NCBI GenBank assembly: GCA_009377795.1
Contig: WHTJ01000019.1
Coordinates: 1 to 40,138, forward strand
DNA length: 40,138 nt
DNA from: Propionibacteriales bacterium
GTDB taxonomy: Bacteria > Actinomycetota > Actinomycetes > Propionibacteriales > Nocardioidaceae
Direction of reading: 5' to 3'
How positions within the stretch are numbered: position 1 is the first letter of the stretch; each line of letters starts with the position of its first letter. The position numbers and the translations under genes were made by a program. This document shows positions 35,185 through 40,138 of the stretch, one piece after another. Below the pieces are notes generated by a model. The model was not told the origin of the DNA, ran no database searches, and saw only the letters and a list, made by a program, of their open reading frames with translations.

Positions 35185-35778
35185 GTGCCGATGACACCGG
35201 CTACGGCAGCCGAGTCCCTCGCCGCTGCTCGGAGCGTGTTGGACGAGCGGCTGGGCGTGGCCGAGGAGTGTGAGCTCCTCACCCTCCAGGACGCCGAGCT
35301 GGCCATCTTCGACGGCCTGAACCGGCATCATGCGGCGCCGCTGCGGACCGTGAGCGCCCTCGACGAGCAGGCGAGGGAGGAGGCGCTCGGCGCGGCGTTC
35401 GGCCGGCTGCTGGAGCGCGACCTGGTCCGGCACGAGACCGTCGACGGCCAGGCCGAGCTGCACATCGCCCAGCCGCTGGCCTCCTTGCTTGTGCTGCGCT
35501 CCGCGGCGCCGCAGGTGACGCTGCTGGAGCGGCGGGACGCCGACCAGCCGGCATTCCGCGCGCTCTACCACCATGGAGAGCTCGTGGTAGACGAATCGGT
35601 CGACCACGAGGGCACGCATCGGGTGCAGCTCCGCCGGACCGCGACGCTGGCTCCGGTCCTGGCCGCCTGGCTGGCGCCCAGCGAGATCCGGTCGGTCTCC
35701 GGGGATTCGGTCGTGGTGCGGCCCGGGGACGACGGCTGGGACCAGCTGGCGACGGCTACCGTGCTGGCTCGGTGGTGA
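35185..35778 (+). CDS. Hypothetical protein (197 aa), a possible chaperone or immunity-type partner of the upstream small proteins
   Basis: It starts 5 nt after the previous stop and has high GC3. No motif recognised. An EspG-like role is speculative. Confidence 0.4.
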   Translation: MPMTPATAAESLAAARSVLDERLGVAEECELLTLQDAELAIFDGLNRHHAAPLRTVSALDEQAREEALGAAFGRLLERDLVRHETVDGQAELHIAQPLASLLVLRSAAPQVTLLERRDADQPAFRALYHHGELVVDESVDHEGTHRVQLRRTATLAPVLAAWLAPSEIRSVSGDSVVVRPGDDGWDQLATATVLARW

Positions 35779-35966
35779 AGGTAGCGCAGACCGCAGACGG
35801 GGTGGCCGAGGACCGGCTCGGCGCATGCCGCCTCGACGACCGGACCATCGTCACGCGCCTGTCCGACGATCCCTCCCGACCGGATGCCGTCATAGCTCAC
35901 GACGTCGACCGCATCGCCTTGGTCGGTGAGCTCGAATCCTTCCTCACGGGTGCGGCCGAACGCTGA
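35772..35966 (+). CDS. Possible small ORF (64 aa, GTG start) overlapping the end of the previous gene
   Basis: Only ORF length and GC3 support it; there is no recognisable motif. Confidence 0.2.
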   Translation: MVKVAQTADGVAEDRLGACRLDDRTIVTRLSDDPSRPDAVIAHDVDRIALVGELESFLTGAAER

Positions 35967-35992
35967 CCGTGCAATGGTCCGCCGCCTCGATC

Positions 35993-36899
35993 CGGTCGTT
36001 GGTGGGTTTAGTTGCTGCCTCGGTCGAAGATGTCGGTGGAGCGTTCGGTGTAGACGGGGTCGAAGCTGCTGGCTGCGTATTGTTGGACGGCGGGGTCTTC
36101 GAGCCATTGGTGGTAGGCCTGGAGTGCTTCGGGTCCGCTGGCGACGATTTCGTCGTAGGGCAGGGGTTGGTTGTTGCTGTCGGTGAATTCTGCTCCGGGT
36201 GATTCGTAGTCGGCGGGGTTGCCGTCGTAGGTGAGGCCGTCGACTTCGACTGGTGGGTGGTTGGTGTTGTCGCCGGGGTTGTTGAAGGGGAGTTCGTTGA
36301 CGTTGTTGTCGACGGCTTGGCGCCAGCGGTCGGAGTAGTTGTTGGCCCAGTCCGTGTCGGCTTCGGGGACGGGTTGTTCGTGGCCGAGGAACTCTTTGAG
36401 GATGGTTTTGGTGGCGTCTTGGCCGAGTTGGGTGAGGAGTGGGGCGGGGTTGCCGGTGGCGAGGGAGGTGCCGCCGGCGAACAGGTAGTTGACTGCGGTG
36501 TCGACTCCGCTGTTGACCTGGTTGTCCCAGTCCTCGTTCTCTTGGATGACGTCGGCGCGGGTTTCCTGGAAGTTGTTGACGAACCAGGTCTCCAGGTGGT
36601 GTGCCTGGGCGAGCTCGAATCGGCTTGACTCGCTGAAGCGGATGCCGGTCTGTTCTGATTGGTTTTCGTCGATCATGGTCTGTACGTCGTTTTCGAACAC
36701 CACCGACAGCTCGCCGGCGGTCTCGCCGTGGCGCATCGATTCCTGGATGAACGCCGACCAGACGTCGGCCGGGGCTTCCAGCCCGTCGCGCTGGTCGGTC
36801 ATCTCCTCGAACAGCTCCGGAGTCGCCGACGTCACCGAGTCGTACATGTCCTGCTTGAAATGCATGATGATGTCGCCGTACGCCGCCTGGATCTCCGCG
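35993..36899. repeat. Direct repeat copy 1 (at least 907 bp), identical to 39232..40138
   Basis: Read directly: gcctcgatccggtcgttggtgggtttagttgctgcctcggtcgaagatg... recurs exactly 3239 bp downstream and matches to the end of the window. Confidence 0.85.
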
Positions 36900-37909
36900 T
36901 TGACGTGCGTGTCCTGGTTCTCGAACTTCCACTCCAGCAGGTTCCGGGTGTTCTCGTGCGCCAGGTTGTTGACGTTGGGGTTGTCCAGCTGCATCAGGTA
37001 GTACTCACGATCGGCCTCGATCGTCGCCGCCCGGATGAAGTTCGCGATGTTCTCCTGCCACTCCGACTCGCTGGCATATCCATTGCCGTGATGCGAGTCC
37101 CCGACACCCATCTGGTTGATCTCGTCGAAGTTGGAGCTGTAGAACTCCGCTGACGCGATCGCATTGCGGGAGATGCCGTCGAGGATTCGGGTGCGTCCCT
37201 CCCATGGCTGCATGTCGGTGGTCTGGCCGTGCAGCGCCACGTCGCCGATCGTCTGCAACGCGTCGGTGTTCCACTCGCCGTACTGCATGAGGTCGGCCAT
37301 CAGGCTCATGTTCATGCCGGCCTGCGTGTAGTTCGGGCAGAAGTCCTCCAAGAACTCCTCGGTCAGGACGCCCTGGTGGCTGGCGGCGGCCATGATGTAG
37401 CCCGAGAGCACGTTGCGGCGGCGCATCTCGTCTTCATCATCGAGGATCTCGTAGTTGCCGTGCTCCGAGAACATGTACGCCGCCCGTTGCGGGCCGAGCG
37501 TCTCCACGAATGCCCCACTGACCTCGCGGTCCTGCGACCACCTGTCGAGCATGTCCCAGACCCATTGCGGTGCCGCACCGTCGTCACCGACGTTCTCGGT
37601 GAGTTCCTCGCCGAGGCGTCGCCTGGTGGCCGCGGACGTGTCGCTGCTGACGTCATACTCGACGGTGCCGTCGAATCCCTCGTCCTGCATGATCGTTCGG
37701 GCGAGGTCGACGCGGGCCTGCAGGCCGGGTACCCGGCCGCGGACCCACTCCGCGATGCCGCTGAGGTCGCCGATCGGGCTGGACGAGAACGGCGGCTGCC
37801 GGCAGGCGTTGCTGGCCGAGGTCTTGGCACCCTCGATGTTGCTCGCGAGACTGTTCAGGTCACTGATCACCTGATCCATGTCCGAACAGTCGATACTCAC
37901 AGTGGTCAT
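36008..37909 (-). CDS. Large acidic N/Q/D/E/W-rich hypothetical protein (633 aa), candidate secreted effector. The N-terminal helical region contains an L-x-G (IGDLSGIAEW). The 3' third has atypical codon usage and a TAA stop.
   Basis: It is a long ORF with a clean start (MTTVSIDCSDMDQVISDLNSLASNIEGA). The first ~420 codons use GAG/CAG/CTG/GCG. The last ~210 codons use GAA/CAA/AAA/ACC/CCC/GTC and almost no G at position 3. Its 3' 880 nt are duplicated at the window end. Confidence 0.6.
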   Translation of the reverse strand: MTTVSIDCSDMDQVISDLNSLASNIEGAKTSASNACRQPPFSSSPIGDLSGIAEWVRGRVPGLQARVDLARTIMQDEGFDGTVEYDVSSDTSAATRRRLGEELTENVGDDGAAPQWVWDMLDRWSQDREVSGAFVETLGPQRAAYMFSEHGNYEILDDEDEMRRRNVLSGYIMAAASHQGVLTEEFLEDFCPNYTQAGMNMSLMADLMQYGEWNTDALQTIGDVALHGQTTDMQPWEGRTRILDGISRNAIASAEFYSSNFDEINQMGVGDSHHGNGYASESEWQENIANFIRAATIEADREYYLMQLDNPNVNNLAHENTRNLLEWKFENQDTHVNAEIQAAYGDIIMHFKQDMYDSVTSATPELFEEMTDQRDGLEAPADVWSAFIQESMRHGETAGELSVVFENDVQTMIDENQSEQTGIRFSESSRFELAQAHHLETWFVNNFQETRADVIQENEDWDNQVNSGVDTAVNYLFAGGTSLATGNPAPLLTQLGQDATKTILKEFLGHEQPVPEADTDWANNYSDRWRQAVDNNVNELPFNNPGDNTNHPPVEVDGLTYDGNPADYESPGAEFTDSNNQPLPYDEIVASGPEALQAYHQWLEDPAVQQYAASSFDPVYTERSTDIFDRGSN

Positions 37910-38045
37910 GGTCTGGGTTTGTCCTCGCTCGGGTACGGCGCAGGAGGAGCCTAGCCGTCGAACGGGTCACCGCGGCCGCGGAAGCGTCCCGCACCGCGCG
38001 CGATGCGCGCCCCGTGACCCGACGCTGTGTAAGACTGGTTGCGAT

Positions 38046-39230
38046 ATGAGTCACGGAACGAAGCGCATAGCGCCCGCGGCCGTCGCGGTCATGTTGGCGA
38101 CCGCCTGCGGTGCATCTGGGGCGGAGGGTGACGGCGACGGCGACGGCGACCAGCCCGCGGACATGCAGGTCGTGGCCGGCGGCAGTGCCGAAAGCCGCCT
38201 CCCGGGCTACGTCACCGACGTCGACGTCCGCGACGGAATGATGGCGGTCATCGGTCTACGCGACGGCGAGACGTCGGTGCTGTGGCAGGTGAACGACGGC
38301 CAGCTCGAGGAGACCCCCCTGCCGGGGATGGAGTCGATGACCGACGTGGCGGTCGCCCCCGACGGCTCGGTGATGGTGGTGGACGCCTCGGGTATCTGGC
38401 GGGTGTCCGGATCGGATGCGCAACTGGAGATCGCCGACGACGACGCACAAGACACGGCCGTCCGGACCGAGAACGGCGACATCCGCGCGGTTGCGGTCGA
38501 CGGCGAGGGGAGGCTGCTGTGGACCGTGGTCGGCAGCGAGGACCGCACCACGCAGGCCGATGCGCATGCCAAGTCACGCCACCCGATCGTCGTACACCGG
38601 CTGGACGGCGATCAGGTCGACACGGTGGCGGGCTCTGACCGGCCGGCCTCCAACTCCGACGAAGAGCTCTTCGATCGGCAGCAGGACCCGCCGGCGGGTA
38701 CACCGGCGCGAGGCTTCGCGATGGTCTCCCCCGGTCCGGATCTCGACCTTGCCGCCGACTCGGCGGGTGTCTACCTGCTGGCCAGCAGCTACGTCCTGAC
38801 GGTCTCGCCCGACGGAAGCCTCTCGAAGCTCGCCGGTGGCGTCGACCGTGATGCTCCCGGGCGGCCGTTCACCGACGAAGGCGTGGCCCAAGAGCTGGGC
38901 ATGGAGATCACCGAGCGCTCGGGGATCTCCGCGAGTGACGGACGAGTCGTGATCGCCGACTTCTCCTTCACCGGTGAGTTCGGTGACAACGCCGACTTCG
39001 CTTGGACCGGCGATTTCACGAACGTGCAGCAGCGGCTGATCGACAAGGTCATGGACGGCGCCGTGCACGACGCCGGAGCCGTGCTGGTCGAGGACGGCCA
39101 CGCGACCACCGCCGCGGTGCACGCGAAGGCGGCCGCGATCGACGGAGACTGGTTGTACCTGGTCGGCCAAGTCGACGACGATCGCGACCAGGCCATCCTG
39201 GTGCGCACGCGGGTTCCCGACTGGCGGTAG
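38046..39230 (+). CDS. Secreted protein or lipoprotein with a beta-propeller-like repeat (NHL/SGL-like)
   Basis: From the ATG at 38046 it begins MSHGTKRIAPAAVAVMLATACGASGAEGDGDGDGDQ (signal peptide plus Cys). Recurrent strands such as VAVAPDGSVMVVDASGIWRV, VAVDGEGRLLWTVVGS, LTVSPDGSLSKLAGG and RVVIADFSFTG are present. The track's 37878 start is unlikely. Confidence 0.55.
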   Translation: MSHGTKRIAPAAVAVMLATACGASGAEGDGDGDGDQPADMQVVAGGSAESRLPGYVTDVDVRDGMMAVIGLRDGETSVLWQVNDGQLEETPLPGMESMTDVAVAPDGSVMVVDASGIWRVSGSDAQLEIADDDAQDTAVRTENGDIRAVAVDGEGRLLWTVVGSEDRTTQADAHAKSRHPIVVHRLDGDQVDTVAGSDRPASNSDEELFDRQQDPPAGTPARGFAMVSPGPDLDLAADSAGVYLLASSYVLTVSPDGSLSKLAGGVDRDAPGRPFTDEGVAQELGMEITERSGISASDGRVVIADFSFTGEFGDNADFAWTGDFTNVQQRLIDKVMDGAVHDAGAVLVEDGHATTAAVHAKAAAIDGDWLYLVGQVDDDRDQAILVRTRVPDWR

Positions 39231-39231
39231 A

Positions 39232-40138
39232 GCCTCGATCCGGTCGTTGGTGGGTTTAGTTGCTGCCTCGGTCGAAGATGTCGGTGGAGCGTTCGGTGTA
39301 GACGGGGTCGAAGCTGCTGGCTGCGTATTGTTGGACGGCGGGGTCTTCGAGCCATTGGTGGTAGGCCTGGAGTGCTTCGGGTCCGCTGGCGACGATTTCG
39401 TCGTAGGGCAGGGGTTGGTTGTTGCTGTCGGTGAATTCTGCTCCGGGTGATTCGTAGTCGGCGGGGTTGCCGTCGTAGGTGAGGCCGTCGACTTCGACTG
39501 GTGGGTGGTTGGTGTTGTCGCCGGGGTTGTTGAAGGGGAGTTCGTTGACGTTGTTGTCGACGGCTTGGCGCCAGCGGTCGGAGTAGTTGTTGGCCCAGTC
39601 CGTGTCGGCTTCGGGGACGGGTTGTTCGTGGCCGAGGAACTCTTTGAGGATGGTTTTGGTGGCGTCTTGGCCGAGTTGGGTGAGGAGTGGGGCGGGGTTG
39701 CCGGTGGCGAGGGAGGTGCCGCCGGCGAACAGGTAGTTGACTGCGGTGTCGACTCCGCTGTTGACCTGGTTGTCCCAGTCCTCGTTCTCTTGGATGACGT
39801 CGGCGCGGGTTTCCTGGAAGTTGTTGACGAACCAGGTCTCCAGGTGGTGTGCCTGGGCGAGCTCGAATCGGCTTGACTCGCTGAAGCGGATGCCGGTCTG
39901 TTCTGATTGGTTTTCGTCGATCATGGTCTGTACGTCGTTTTCGAACACCACCGACAGCTCGCCGGCGGTCTCGCCGTGGCGCATCGATTCCTGGATGAAC
40001 GCCGACCAGACGTCGGCCGGGGCTTCCAGCCCGTCGCGCTGGTCGGTCATCTCCTCGAACAGCTCCGGAGTCGCCGACGTCACCGAGTCGTACATGTCCT
40101 GCTTGAAATGCATGATGATGTCGCCGTACGCCGCCTGG
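39232..40138. repeat. Direct repeat copy 2 (truncated by the window end)
   Basis: See copy 1. It begins 1 nt after the TAG of the 38046..39230 gene. Confidence 0.85.
39256..40138 (-). CDS. Second copy of the acidic 633-aa protein gene (3' part only; continues beyond the window edge)
   Basis: It appears identical nucleotide for nucleotide to 36017..36899. The track's M start (MHFKQ...) is only the last in-frame Met before the window end. Confidence 0.6.
   Translation of the reverse strand, partial: QAAYGDIIMHFKQDMYDSVTSATPELFEEMTDQRDGLEAPADVWSAFIQESMRHGETAGELSVVFENDVQTMIDENQSEQTGIRFSESSRFELAQAHHLETWFVNNFQETRADVIQENEDWDNQVNSGVDTAVNYLFAGGTSLATGNPAPLLTQLGQDATKTILKEFLGHEQPVPEADTDWANNYSDRWRQAVDNNVNELPFNNPGDNTNHPPVEVDGLTYDGNPADYESPGAEFTDSNNQPLPYDEIVASGPEALQAYHQWLEDPAVQQYAASSFDPVYTERSTDIFDRGSN

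Noticed and set aside
35565-36932. 455-aa minus-strand ORF (Arg/Pro/Gln-rich) overlapping the acidic protein gene
   Set aside because: It is an alternate frame of the real 633-aa gene, and its translation is a poly-R/P/Q low-complexity artefact.
39256-40113. 285-aa ORF starting MHFKQ as a complete gene
   Set aside because: The start is simply the last in-frame Met before the window edge. The sequence appears identical to the middle and 3' part of the 633-aa gene and almost certainly continues upstream beyond 40138.
1-40138. CRISPR arrays, rRNA or tRNA genes
   Set aside because: No short regularly spaced repeats, no rRNA-like conserved blocks and no cloverleaf-compatible segments (GTTC/T-loop with CCA context) were found on reading either strand.

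Overview
This is a high-GC (about 70%) actinobacterial chromosome segment with dense coding on both strands and many high-GC shadow ORFs. The left half (1 to about 17 kb) is housekeeping:
- 3' end of an ISL3-family transposase inserted into a TauE/SafE gene
- NfeD–SPFH pair
- ABC ATPase and ACT-domain SerB
- histidine phosphatase
- fabG–enoyl-ACP reductase (mabA/inhA-like) operon
- dodecin
- DUF3099 protein
- MoaA, SURF1 and a GH15 hydrolase
- an ABC exporter
- a frameshifted enoyl-CoA hydratase
- an ABC-F translation factor followed by a VLRF1-like putative peptidyl-tRNA hydrolase

The right half is accessory. One tightly coupled minus-strand block (17.1 to 28.6 kb) is a complete Tad/Flp pilus locus: cpaB, tadZ, tadA, tadB, tadC, flp, two tadE genes and a tadG-like gene. 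It is extended by a lipoprotein, a Cys-rich secreted protein and a large membrane protein with LysM and BTAD-like domains.

Next to it lies a minimal type VII secretion-like module. It has a WXG100 protein and a 1527-aa FtsK/SpoIIIE ATPase with three P-loops and an EssC-like FHA N-terminus. Next come two paralogous small proteins sharing a conserved SQGIAPGGCYP and PIC[W/I]PP motif pair; one of them carries a WXG-like helical N-terminus. A 633-aa acidic, N/Q/D/E-rich protein follows, whose 3' third has a sharply different codon usage: it avoids G at codon position 3 and ends in TAA.

The last 907 nt of the window (39232..40138) repeat 35993..36899 with no mismatch seen on inspection. The offset is exactly 3239 bp, consistent with a tandem duplication of the acidic-protein gene plus a lipoprotein gene. 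The second copy runs off the window edge.

No rRNA, tRNA or CRISPR was seen.
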